A DNA stretch of 64,000 bases from Candidatus Dojkabacteria bacterium. Lineage in GTDB: Bacteria > Patescibacteriota > Dojkabacteria > JAHIVN01. The position numbers and the translations under genes were made by a program. The stretch covers positions 21,599 to 85,598 of the forward strand of contig JAFGDO010000032.1 of assembly GCA_016932045.1 (NCBI GenBank), read 5' to 3'. The notes under the pieces were generated by a model. It did not search any database and was not told the DNA's origin. It saw only the letters and a program-made list of their open reading frames with translations. Below are positions 38,560 through 48,336 of the stretch, one piece after another; positions within the stretch are counted from its first letter, which is position 1; every line of letters begins with the position of its first letter.

Positions 38560-38988
38560 ATGAACAGATTATCCGTATGGAATCCTTGGAGACATCTTCC
38601 AAGAATGAGAGACCTAATGGACGAAGACTGGGATATAGTAGAATTTCCGGAAAATGAAATTGATATGTATGAAGAGGGAGATAATGTCGTAGTGAAGATA
38701 AAGGCTCCGGGGTTTAAAGAAGAGAATATTGACATCACAATTGAGGATGGAACAGCTGTCATAACAGGAAAGATTGAAGAGGAAGAAGAAGAAAAGGACA
38801 AAAAAAGGAAATATTACAGAAAAGAATTCCGCTCTCAATCTTTCACAAGACGAGTAGATCTTCCTGTAAGAGTAAAGGCCGATCAGGCAGAAGCAGACTA
38901 CGACAATGGCGTTTTGGTTCTAACTCTTCCAAAAGCGGAGGAAGCAAAACCTCAGGCCGTTAAGGTAAAGACAAGAAAGACGAAGTAG
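38560..38988 (+). CDS. small heat-shock protein (Hsp20/alpha-crystallin family)
   Basis: 142 aa. VVVKIKAPGFKEENIDITIEDGTAVITGK ... FTRRVDLPVRVKADQAEADYDNGVLVLTLPK is a typical alpha-crystallin domain. Confidence 0.85.
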   Translation: MNRLSVWNPWRHLPRMRDLMDEDWDIVEFPENEIDMYEEGDNVVVKIKAPGFKEENIDITIEDGTAVITGKIEEEEEEKDKKRKYYRKEFRSQSFTRRVDLPVRVKADQAEADYDNGVLVLTLPKAEEAKPQAVKVKTRKTK

Positions 38989-39067
38989 AAAAAAGCATAA
39001 AAAATCTAAAGCCACTAGCTGTGTACAAAATTACTCGAAGAGGATCTTATCTTTAAATGTATCCGTT

Positions 39068-39247
39068 TTAGGTAATAGTTGCATTCTCTTGTGCAATTCT
39101 AGCTGCCTCATCTGACATTAGCCCTTCTCCCTCTCGAGCAGCATCTATAACCCTATCTATATTTTGTTCTGTAACAGGAACACCCATTCCTTCCAACGCA
39201 GCAACGGCAGATTCACGTGCAGGATCTTGTCTTACTTCTTCTGTCAT
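39068..39247 (-). CDS. hypothetical small protein (59 aa; just below the ORF-track cutoff)
   Basis: Hand translation MTEEVRQDPARESAVAALEGMGVPVTEQNIDRVIDAAREGEGLMSDEAARIAQENATIT. Co-directional with, and just downstream of, the sigma/anti-sigma pair. Coding-like composition. Confidence 0.4.
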   Translation of the reverse strand: MTEEVRQDPARESAVAALEGMGVPVTEQNIDRVIDAAREGEGLMSDEAARIAQENATIT

Positions 39248-39275
39248 ATCGGTAATTATTTAGATATAAAATAAA

Positions 39276-41114
39276 TTAATACTCTACTCTCTTCATGCTG
39301 GAAACAACTGCATCTATGAGCCTGATTTTACTTTCTGTTTCATCAGGAACATTAGTCAATTCTTCAATATTTCCAACATCTCCTACAAACATTATCACAA
39401 AATACTCACCACCAATTGATACCTTTGGATCCACTACTGTAAGATCACCTCCAAAATCACCATTGATATAAAAGATTCTACTAAGTGAATAATTACCTCC
39501 CCAGTTAATCCAGGCTTCAATTCTCTTATATTCGAGTCCATCAATTTTTATAGTCGAAGTTCTATACTCTAAATTCTGAGAGTCATATGTTGAAGCAAAA
39601 TCTGTCCAGCTACCCTCAACATCTTTCCACTTAAATATTTTTACAATACCATACTCACCGGAAAGCCCGGCATAATAAACTCCATAAAATTCTACTTCAT
39701 TTATCTCTGTTGAATACGTCCATACCTTCGGAGCCTTAAGTGAATACATCCAGGTATAGTCATAAATTTCTTGGAATGAATTCTCTTTCGTAATTTGAAA
39801 ACTATTAATAATCTCCCCAAAGACTTCATTCACATCTGCATCACTGGTAAGCTGATAAATTATGAAAAGTCTATTCGGATAGGCATAAAGATACTTACCG
39901 TCACAAGCTGGAGAATTATACTTGTCAACACTCACTCCACCAATAACTTCAGTTGCCTCAAATGAAAATTCATTCTGCTCATCAAAGTATCCGTAAGAAT
40001 AAATTACTCTAAGCGGGTCATCTGTACTGTTGACCTTCTTAACCCCATATTCTGCATAATATTCTGAAACGCTCCTTTCCACTACAATCCAATCTTCTTT
40101 CGGATACCTAAGACTAAATCCAAAATCATCCCTCGTGAATTTAATCCACGAGGTAGTTTGGCTATCATCTTCACTCCTTTTATGTACCTTCACAGTGGAC
40201 TTTATAAAATCATAGATTTCTAGTCCCTCCAGATCCTGCGTATAAAAAACCGATTTCACGAAGTTAGTTTCATCTTCATCCTTAAACTCATCCAAAACCA
40301 CATACTTGTACCCATCGGTATCTTCAAGCCCTCTATATTGTACACTCTCAACTGAAAATACCTCTGCTTTCTCTTCGATCTCCAAAGTACCAAAGTAGAT
40401 GAACATTTCAGAATTTTCATTGTATATTCTCACTGCTCTATGCAAAGGATCCTCACTGTCAAGATCACTGACACTTTCAAATTTCCAGTTCAATGGATAA
40501 GTAAACTCAAAACCCCGCTCAAGATCTGTATAAGTCTTCCATTCCTTTATTTTCTCAAGAGCCGTTTGTTTCTTTTTAAGATTAATATCAAGGTTTACTG
40601 ATTTCCCGGCTTCAAGTTCAAAGGTTGTTATATACTCCTCGTACTTTTCCAAAGTAACTCTCATCTCATACTTACCAGCCTTAATCTCCCTCTTAATAGG
40701 CACCTCACCTAAAAGAGTAAAGTCCACGTACTCTCCCCCCCTTAATTCGATCTTGGCTCCCTCCGGATCAGAGCTAACATATAGAATTCCTTTAGTCGGA
40801 GCTACTATCTCCCTAAGCTGTGGGACTGCAGCAAAGGCCAAACCGCCAAATAACAACACCCCAAGAAACGAAGTCAGAAGTGCAACCTGCCACTTTGCTC
40901 CTGTAAAAACCATTTCCAAAAAGCCTTTCTTCTTCTGTCCCGTACGCTCAAGAATAGCTTGCTTTTGATCAAGTTCTTTAGCTTTAATAGTATTCTCAAC
41001 TAGCTTGTCCAGGTTCTTCTTAAAGGTGTGATCCATGGTTGCTTCCTGTCTAAAAGATTCTCTTAAAGCTTCCTCGAGTCTTTTTAAGTTGTTGTCTTCT
41101 TTTGCATTATTCAT
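39276..41114 (-). CDS. membrane protein with a PEGA domain; putative anti-sigma factor partner of the upstream ECF sigma
   Basis: 612 aa. Cytoplasmic N-terminus, one TM (WQVALLTSFLGVLLFGGLAFAAV), PEGA domain GILYVSSDPEGAKIELRGGEYVDFTLLGEVPIKREIKAGKYEMRV, then a large extracytoplasmic domain. It sits immediately downstream of the ECF sigma gene on the same strand. Confidence 0.55.
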   Translation of the reverse strand: MNNAKEDNNLKRLEEALRESFRQEATMDHTFKKNLDKLVENTIKAKELDQKQAILERTGQKKKGFLEMVFTGAKWQVALLTSFLGVLLFGGLAFAAVPQLREIVAPTKGILYVSSDPEGAKIELRGGEYVDFTLLGEVPIKREIKAGKYEMRVTLEKYEEYITTFELEAGKSVNLDINLKKKQTALEKIKEWKTYTDLERGFEFTYPLNWKFESVSDLDSEDPLHRAVRIYNENSEMFIYFGTLEIEEKAEVFSVESVQYRGLEDTDGYKYVVLDEFKDEDETNFVKSVFYTQDLEGLEIYDFIKSTVKVHKRSEDDSQTTSWIKFTRDDFGFSLRYPKEDWIVVERSVSEYYAEYGVKKVNSTDDPLRVIYSYGYFDEQNEFSFEATEVIGGVSVDKYNSPACDGKYLYAYPNRLFIIYQLTSDADVNEVFGEIINSFQITKENSFQEIYDYTWMYSLKAPKVWTYSTEINEVEFYGVYYAGLSGEYGIVKIFKWKDVEGSWTDFASTYDSQNLEYRTSTIKIDGLEYKRIEAWINWGGNYSLSRIFYINGDFGGDLTVVDPKVSIGGEYFVIMFVGDVGNIEELTNVPDETESKIRLIDAVVSSMKRVEY

Positions 41115-41188
41115 TAAATCTTCTAAATATTTAACTTAATATAATTTGCTAAGTAACAAGTAAATGAATCAGTGTTGCACAACTTTTG

Positions 41189-41746
41189 CTATATACACAC
41201 CAGTCCCTTCAAAATCTCAAGTCCACGGTAATACTGCATTTTCACCGCGCCCTCCGTCCTTCCAAGTAATTTTGCAATCTCTGAAAAGGTTAAATCCTCG
41301 GTATGTCGCAAGGTAAAAATATTGTTCAGTTCTTCAGGCAAATCTCCAGTTTTCTTATTTATCCTCTCTATAAGATCTTCTTTTGTTACTTTCGAAAGCA
41401 CATCTTCTTCCTCTTGAGCAGGAGGAAAAGGCAAAGAATCTAAAGAAACATCTCCCCTTTTATTTTTCCTATAGTAATCAATAATTAAGTTATGGGCAAT
41501 CGTGTAAAGCCAAACAACAAATGGCTTATTTTGATATTTGAATTTCTCAAAGTTTTCAATCGCTTTTACAAAAGTTTCACTTGCCACATCTTCTGCCAGC
41601 TCCTTGTTTTTACCTAATCTGTGGTATGAGTATCTATAGACGGCCTTAACGTATTTCTCGTAGAGAAACTTAAAATTGCTTATATCCGCACGTGCGGCCT
41701 CAATCAATTGTTTTTCGTTAACTTGGTCGTTTTGCACTGATATCAA
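41189..41746 (-). CDS. ECF-type RNA polymerase sigma-70 factor
   Basis: 185 aa. Region 2 (FKFLYEKYVKAVYRYSYHRLGKNKELAEDVASETFVKA...VWLYTIAHNLIIDYYR) and region 4 HTH (LTFSEIAKLLGRTEGAVKMQYYRGLEIL). Confidence 0.85.
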   Translation of the reverse strand: MISVQNDQVNEKQLIEAARADISNFKFLYEKYVKAVYRYSYHRLGKNKELAEDVASETFVKAIENFEKFKYQNKPFVVWLYTIAHNLIIDYYRKNKRGDVSLDSLPFPPAQEEEDVLSKVTKEDLIERINKKTGDLPEELNNIFTLRHTEDLTFSEIAKLLGRTEGAVKMQYYRGLEILKGLVCI

Positions 41747-41963
41747 TAGTGATAATGCTGTTATTATATCCGAAAATTCGGTCTATTGCTATTATATTTT
41801 TAACGAGAAAACACACCCCTAAGTAACAATCCACAAGGAATTACAGCTCTATAGCCATCCAGCCGACTTACAATATACCTATTTACATTCTCAAGCTGGC
41901 TTCTATAAGTTAACCCCTTCTTCTAACCTTCCCCTTATTTACATCAGATGTTAATATGTTTAT

Positions 41964-43217
41964 ATGCAAAAATACAGTTATAAGAAAAAAGAAGTAGACA
42001 CTCAAGACGTATCAAATTCTAATAAAGATGTAGACAAGAAACGTCATATCTTTAGGATCGCCTCATACTTCTGCATTGGGATTCTCGGCATAGGCACTGG
42101 ATTTCTTGCAAATTCTCTATATTGGAAATACGTTGTTCTAAAGGATAAGGAAAAAGTTAAAGGTATACAACACAGCATAGAACAGATACTTGCAGAAGAC
42201 GAAGAGGAACAAGAACTTATAAATTTAGACGATGGTCCCATCCGCTCACCTTTAAATGGGATAGAACTTACAGATGCAAAATACGAAAAAATAAGCCAGC
42301 ACATACCTCATGCTGTCATGATTTCAAACAACCAGTCTGCACGAGTCGAGCAGTACGGCCTAAATAGCGCAGATATTGTGTATGAAGCCGAAACCGAAGG
42401 AGGGATAACACGGTTTATGGCTATTTACTGGAGTAACCAGGAAGGATATATCATCAAGCCAATAAGGAGTGTACGAAAGTACTTTTTTGACTGGGCTATT
42501 GAATACGGAAACATTCCAGTTACTTTTACCGGTTTTGCAGATACTGATAATTACAACACAGATGCTTGGGGATTTTATATAGAACAGAAAATTAGAGTCA
42601 CCTACTTTGACTGGCCATTTTTATGGGATGACGCTTGTATTTCTCAACATCCCAGAATGCACTGTAAGAGAACCGCCCCTGAGCTTCTTTACCAAGTATT
42701 TGACAAGTATGGCTGGTCTTTTGAAAGTTGGGAAGGTTTTGTAAATAAAAGCGAATGGAGTTTTGACAAAAATCTACCCGGCAACGCAGAGTATATAGAT
42801 ACAACCGAATTCTCGTATGATTTCACATGGCCCAATGAATGGAGCTCCCGCTGGACCTATAACCAGCAAAAGAATCTGTATGAAAAACACGATCCAGATG
42901 AGGCACACATCGATATGCAAGACAACGAGGTTATCACAGCATCAACAGTAATAATTCAAAAAACAAAGAGAACATATACATACGATGAAGAACAAAGAGT
43001 TGAATATGAAACTGTCGGTTCCGGGGAAGCCTATATCATAAGAGATGGCAAGCGTATCGAAGGCGTCTGGGAGAAAAAATGTCATAAATGTAGAACCAGA
43101 TTTTTTCACGTGAAACACCCCTCTGGCAATTCTATAAATATAGAAATACCTCTTAAACCAGGAAAGATATGGATCGCCGTTGTCCCCCAAGACAAAGAAA
43201 TTCAATGGATAAACTAA
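41964..43217 (+). CDS. DUF3048-family (YerB-like) membrane-anchored protein
   Basis: N-terminal TM; SPLNGIELTDAKYEKISQHIPHAVMISNNQSARVEQYGLNSADIVYEAETEGGITRFMAIYWS matches the DUF3048 N-domain signature. Confidence 0.6.
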   Translation: MQKYSYKKKEVDTQDVSNSNKDVDKKRHIFRIASYFCIGILGIGTGFLANSLYWKYVVLKDKEKVKGIQHSIEQILAEDEEEQELINLDDGPIRSPLNGIELTDAKYEKISQHIPHAVMISNNQSARVEQYGLNSADIVYEAETEGGITRFMAIYWSNQEGYIIKPIRSVRKYFFDWAIEYGNIPVTFTGFADTDNYNTDAWGFYIEQKIRVTYFDWPFLWDDACISQHPRMHCKRTAPELLYQVFDKYGWSFESWEGFVNKSEWSFDKNLPGNAEYIDTTEFSYDFTWPNEWSSRWTYNQQKNLYEKHDPDEAHIDMQDNEVITASTVIIQKTKRTYTYDEEQRVEYETVGSGEAYIIRDGKRIEGVWEKKCHKCRTRFFHVKHPSGNSINIEIPLKPGKIWIAVVPQDKEIQWIN

Positions 43218-43301
43218 ACACCATACACATATTTTAATGCAAAAACACGCCTGTAATTTTGTAGTGTAAGTTTTTCATTAAGACTTTGTTAAGTCTTCGG
43301 T

Positions 43302-43943
43302 TTGAAAAGCAAATTTGGTTTTAGTATAACTATAGTAATATTGACTGTTAATTATTTCCGTGCCTTGAAAGAAACACTAGATAGAGATCAACAGCATAAC
43401 TACACAAGGAAACCTGAAAAGGGAGTATATACTGAACTGCAACGTGCATTTGGTATAGCACTTCTTGCTATCACTGCAAGTATAATAATATCTTGTACTC
43501 CAATTGACATACAACCAAGTAAGATTACACCGACATTGAGACCTCCAGTTCAAAAACCTACTACTCCACTTATCCTTCCCACACCTACCATACAGATTCA
43601 ACCGGTATTGATTCCAACAACTGTTATAGTGCCCACTTCAACTCCACAACCAACTGCTATAGCACCTACTTCAACTCCACAACCAACTGCAACATTAGAA
43701 CCAACCAAAACACCCTCTTTTTCCGATGAAATTATATCAATCATGGAGGAAATGAGCACAGAGGAAACGATATCTGCGCTTATTGGATCAAAAGTTCATC
43801 TTACAGATTCAGAAACGAAAATAGTACACGGCGCAGGAACTTTTCTTTTTCTCAATGGAAAGTTCGTGATAGCTTCACTTGAACATGTTTTGAACAATTT
43901 GAAGGGAAACGTATGGAATCTGCGAACCTACAACAGTCGGTGA
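43302..43943 (+). CDS. hypothetical lipoprotein-like protein with a Pro/Thr-rich linker
   Basis: Hydrophobic segment ending in IISCTP (lipobox-like) and repeats VPTSTPQPTAIAPTSTPQPTATLEPTKTP. The true start is uncertain. Confidence 0.4.
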   Translation: MKSKFGFSITIVILTVNYFRALKETLDRDQQHNYTRKPEKGVYTELQRAFGIALLAITASIIISCTPIDIQPSKITPTLRPPVQKPTTPLILPTPTIQIQPVLIPTTVIVPTSTPQPTAIAPTSTPQPTATLEPTKTPSFSDEIISIMEEMSTEETISALIGSKVHLTDSETKIVHGAGTFLFLNGKFVIASLEHVLNNLKGNVWNLRTYNSR

Positions 43944-44058
43944 ATTCTGCACAAGGGCTTCTGAAACCGTATTTGGAGTTAGTATAGACAAATTTGAGCA
44001 AGGGGGAGAATACGCAACTCTACCAAGCGGCACTAGCGACGTAATTAAATATATCACC

Positions 44059-44442
44059 TTGACAGATGAAGAAGTCTTATCGTTATTAGAACACGGTATA
44101 TACCCCCAATTTCCGGGAACCTCGGTTAGTGAAGGCGACCTAGTTGCTTTTACTTATTCGTGGAACCGGAAAACGGCTATGGAGATTTCCAGAGTGATAT
44201 CTGTTCAACATGGTAAGATTGAAATGGAGGGATTATCTGCGGAATCTGCTTGGGAAGCGTACGTTCTTGGGCGTGCTTCAGGAGCAGCAGTTTACAGAGT
44301 CGTAGAAATTGATGGCAGTTATTTCCCAGTTAAGAATTCTTGCATCGGGATGGTTGCAGGCGGCATAATGGGGGGAAACGATCCAGTTATAGCAACTGTT
44401 TTGACTTTTTCAGATTATTACTCTGAGAATAGTCAAGAATAA
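44059..44442 (+). CDS. hypothetical protein (127 aa)
   Basis: Intact ORF; no motif. Confidence 0.4.
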   Translation: MTDEEVLSLLEHGIYPQFPGTSVSEGDLVAFTYSWNRKTAMEISRVISVQHGKIEMEGLSAESAWEAYVLGRASGAAVYRVVEIDGSYFPVKNSCIGMVAGGIMGGNDPVIATVLTFSDYYSENSQE

Positions 44443-44800
44443 TATAAACAATTGGAGTAAATTTCAGTAAAGATCATTCAGTCAAAACCTCAAAAAAACA
44501 AGAAGAAACTACTTTGGAAATCCGCTTATCTGGTTGCAGATAGCGAAATTAAAACTAGGTCCATCGGGATAAGATAATTACTAAATCAAAACATTTTTTA
44601 TTTCCATCGGCAATCTTCTGGGAAGTCAATAAGTCTAAGTCATGTGTATAAGCCGCAAAGTTTCCCTTTTTTTAAAATAGTAATGGTAATTTAATTGTGA
44701 ATTTCACTCACATTACTCATATTGAATATACCATCTGGTAACGGCATCTGCTATAATAATCGTAAACATTACTGCAAAATAATTACTTCGAATTTCCAAT

Positions 44801-45814
44801 ATGCTCAAACTAGGCGATTTGTTTAAAAGTGAAAGAAAACAAAAAGGCTTGAGTCTCTCTCAAGTAAGCGAAAGTACAAAGATACCTCAAAGACTCATAA
44901 AAGCTCTGGAAAATGGTGACTACGATCAATTTTCATCCGAAGTTTATCTCCAAGGATTTTTAAAAAATTATGCCAAATTTCTAGGAGTTAGCATAAACAA
45001 AGCACTTGCAATTTATAGAAGAGAACGGAAAACTCTCAATGAGGAATCACTTGACGACGCGCAGAAACCCATTCAAGAACAGAAACCCATTATCACTCCC
45101 GGACGATTAGTACTCACCTTAACAGTTCTGATCATCGTATCTGTTATTTCTTTTATTGTGATACAAATCAACAAGATAGCACAGCCCCCAAACTTAGAAC
45201 TAAGAGAACCCATAAGTGGCACGGCACCGTCTGAACTTTATGCTGAAGTTACAAAGAACAGTATCACTTTATCTGGCAAGGTCGAGGTAGGTAGCAAATT
45301 GCTTATAAACGGAAGTGAGGTCAATACGAACAACCTACAGGAATTTCGAGTTGATAATTTTAAACTTAACCCGGGAAGTAATGAAATTTATATCGTTGCA
45401 GAGAGTTATTATTTTTCTAAAAGAAGCGAAATAAAGCTTACTGTCCTTGCAAAATACACAACAAGTGAACAGGACGAAACAGAATCCGAACCCGACACAA
45501 CTACCGAAGAGACAACAGAAAGTGGAGGAGATGGTAATGAGCCGACAGACGTAACACAGCACGATAAGATGCAAATAGAAATTGAGGTTGGACCCGAAAA
45601 CGCGTGGATTGTTGCCACTGTTGATGAAGTAACAAAGATATCCGACGTAGTTCAACCAGATACTACTTTTTCATTTGAAGCTAAAGAAGTATTCACAATA
45701 TATTCTCCAAGGCCACAGATGGTAAAACTTAAGATTAATGGAGAAGAGTATACTTTTGGCTCACAAACTGCCGCTATTTTTAAACTTGTGAATGGTAAAA
45801 TAGTACAGGAATAA
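44801..45814 (+). CDS. rodZ: RodZ-like cytoskeleton-associated protein (HTH_XRE + TM + C-terminal domain)
   Basis: N-terminal HTH LKSERKQKGLSLSQVSESTKIPQRLIKALENGDYDQF...YLQGFLKNYAKFLGV; a single TM LVLTLTVLIIVSVISFIVI; a beta-rich periplasmic C-terminus. Confidence 0.65.
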   Translation: MLKLGDLFKSERKQKGLSLSQVSESTKIPQRLIKALENGDYDQFSSEVYLQGFLKNYAKFLGVSINKALAIYRRERKTLNEESLDDAQKPIQEQKPIITPGRLVLTLTVLIIVSVISFIVIQINKIAQPPNLELREPISGTAPSELYAEVTKNSITLSGKVEVGSKLLINGSEVNTNNLQEFRVDNFKLNPGSNEIYIVAESYYFSKRSEIKLTVLAKYTTSEQDETESEPDTTTEETTESGGDGNEPTDVTQHDKMQIEIEVGPENAWIVATVDEVTKISDVVQPDTTFSFEAKEVFTIYSPRPQMVKLKINGEEYTFGSQTAAIFKLVNGKIVQE

Positions 45815-45895
45815 AGCTACCATGAAAATAAAAATTCGCTAAATTCTGCCAGTATTAGGCCCGAAACCTATGCCTTTTAGTTCTGAACAAATATC

Positions 45896-47677
45896 ATGTC
45901 CAGGAATCAAATTGAAGAAATAAAAGACCGACTAGACATACTTGAAGTCGCCAGATCTTACATTACAAACTTCAAAAGAAGCGGAACAAACTATTTTGCG
46001 CTTTGTCCATTTCATCAGGAAAAGACTCCTTCCTTTTCCATAAACCCTGAACTTGGGATATATAAATGCTTTGGCTGTGGCGAGTCCGGAGATGTCTTCA
46101 CACTTATTGAAAAGATGGAGGGAGTAGAGTTTTCCGATGCCTTAGAGATAGCTGCTAAAAGAGCTGGAGTCAAGCTAGAACGCAATTATTCCGAGAAAGA
46201 CAAACATATTCACGAAGAACGACAGGAAATACTTAAGATAAATGCCCTTGCTGCAGAATATTACAATTATATCTTATGCAAACACGGCCAAGGAAAGAAG
46301 GGTAGAAAGTATGCTCGAGAAAGAAAAATTACAAAAAAGCTAATTGATGAATTTAAGATTGGGTATGCGCCGCGAGCCTATACCAATTTATTAAAGTTTC
46401 TAAAAACAAAAGGTTATACACAGCAGAATCTCATAAAATGGGGCTTAGTAGTGTCTGGTAGTGGTAGAGTGTATGATAAATTTAGAAGCAGACTTATTTT
46501 TCCCCTGATAAATCATAGGGGAGACATTGCCGGATTTTCCGGAAGGACAATTCTTAAAAACACGAAGGCTCCAAAGTATCTTCACAGTCCTCAAACATTA
46601 GCATTTGACAAGGGAAAGTTTTTGTTTGGTTTAGAACAATCAAAATCTGCAATAAGAAAAAGTAATTTCGTTGTGTTTTGCGAGGGACAGCTTGATGTTA
46701 TCTCCTCTCACAAGACTGACGTCAAAAATATAGTTGCTTCTCTTGGGACATCATTGACAGATGACCAGCTAACACTAGCCAAAAGATACACGAAAAACAT
46801 CTACTTCTGTTTTGACAACGACTCAGCAGGCGAATCCGCTTTAATCCGTGCTGCGAACATGGCTCATAAATTAGATTTCAATGTTAAGGCTGTAAATATC
46901 CCTGAGGGAAAAGATGCTGATGAACTCATTAATACAAACAAAGCCGAGTGGATAAGAACGGTCAAAAAAGCAGAGCCAATAGTCGACCATATGATGAGGA
47001 GGTTATATCGGCGGCTCGATCTTTCAAAACTCGAAGATAAAGAGGAATTCTCGAAAATTATCCTCCCGCTGATTGCAACAATACCTCAAAAAATAGAACA
47101 GGCACATTACCTGCATAGAGTCTCACTGATATTAAACGTTGATGACAATATACTTGCTGAGGAACTAGAGTCTATACAAAGAAGTTCTGATATAGTACCC
47201 AAGGTAAATACAGAAAAGATAAAGGCAGTACTGAAGTCTCCTGTCAGCGTAAAGGAAGAATATTTACTCGCACTCATACTGCAGCATTTACAATTTCTTG
47301 AAGCTTCATTAAAGAACATAAATCAAACCTGTTTCTCTTCTCCTCTAGCCAGAGAAGTATTTTCAAAACTTAAAAGGTACTGTGCCGAAAAAAAACGTTT
47401 TTCTCTAAAAAACTTCACATCTGGCCTTGAAGAACATGAGGTCAGTTTTGTTCAAAATTTACTACTTAAGAATCTGGATAAGTATTTTGAAGTTGAAAGT
47501 GAAATTTTAGCCGAAATAGAGGGAATTACTAAAATTCTTACTAAAAGTTTTCTGCAAAATGAAATAAAAAAAATGAAGGCACAAATAGAACAGGCAGAAA
47601 TCACAGAAGATAAGGCCGAAGTAAGAAATCTCATAAAAAGACTCCTTGAGGTTACAGAAAAAATAGGAAGTTCATAA
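45896..47677 (+). CDS. dnaG: DNA primase DnaG
   Basis: Zn-ribbon CPFHQEKTPSFSINPELGIYKCFGCGESGD; TOPRIM region VVFCEGQLDVIS...DNDSAGESA; 593 aa. Confidence 0.9.
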   Translation: MSRNQIEEIKDRLDILEVARSYITNFKRSGTNYFALCPFHQEKTPSFSINPELGIYKCFGCGESGDVFTLIEKMEGVEFSDALEIAAKRAGVKLERNYSEKDKHIHEERQEILKINALAAEYYNYILCKHGQGKKGRKYARERKITKKLIDEFKIGYAPRAYTNLLKFLKTKGYTQQNLIKWGLVVSGSGRVYDKFRSRLIFPLINHRGDIAGFSGRTILKNTKAPKYLHSPQTLAFDKGKFLFGLEQSKSAIRKSNFVVFCEGQLDVISSHKTDVKNIVASLGTSLTDDQLTLAKRYTKNIYFCFDNDSAGESALIRAANMAHKLDFNVKAVNIPEGKDADELINTNKAEWIRTVKKAEPIVDHMMRRLYRRLDLSKLEDKEEFSKIILPLIATIPQKIEQAHYLHRVSLILNVDDNILAEELESIQRSSDIVPKVNTEKIKAVLKSPVSVKEEYLLALILQHLQFLEASLKNINQTCFSSPLAREVFSKLKRYCAEKKRFSLKNFTSGLEEHEVSFVQNLLLKNLDKYFEVESEILAEIEGITKILTKSFLQNEIKKMKAQIEQAEITEDKAEVRNLIKRLLEVTEKIGSS

Positions 47678-48336
47678 GCCTATAAAGATACTGTTTTCAC
47701 GATACTGGGACATTCTGCATATCAATGCACCCCTGTCTTATTTTCATAAGAAATTCCCGTAGTTTCTGTCTCAGCGACGATTGTGCTTCAGGTTCACCGT
47801 CCTCAGGTATGCCAACATTATCCAAAAGTACCTCAAGTTCTTCTTCGCTTACCTGCAAATTGACAATCTCCTCATCCCCTTTGACTGCCTGCAACTTTTG
47901 GGCTAACGGAGTACCTTGCTGTGATTGAGTAATAAGATTTAAAGCCTCTCGGGCTTCGCTTGTCGTGATACTTATAATACCGCGTTTAATTTGAATACTT
48001 GAATAAACTAAGTTTTATGCAAATATTCTACTAGTTTATTCCCAAAAAACAAAGTCGCGGAAACATACTCTTTATACAACAAGCCACCCATCGGGAAGTA
48101 AGCAAGTGTCTTTAAGCCTCGTCGGTAAACCGATTTTCCTAAATTGCAGAACTATCTTTCCAGTTGTATAATCTGGTAACCCCAAAGTATTTTCCCCAGA
48201 AAAAAACATGATTAGGTTATCTGAATAGTCCAATTTTGAAAAGGGTTATTCGGTATGCTGTCATCTGTTTGCTGTTTTCTTTTTAATTAGAACCAAATAG
48301 TCTCACTTTTAATTATTTAATTCTTAATTAATTAGA

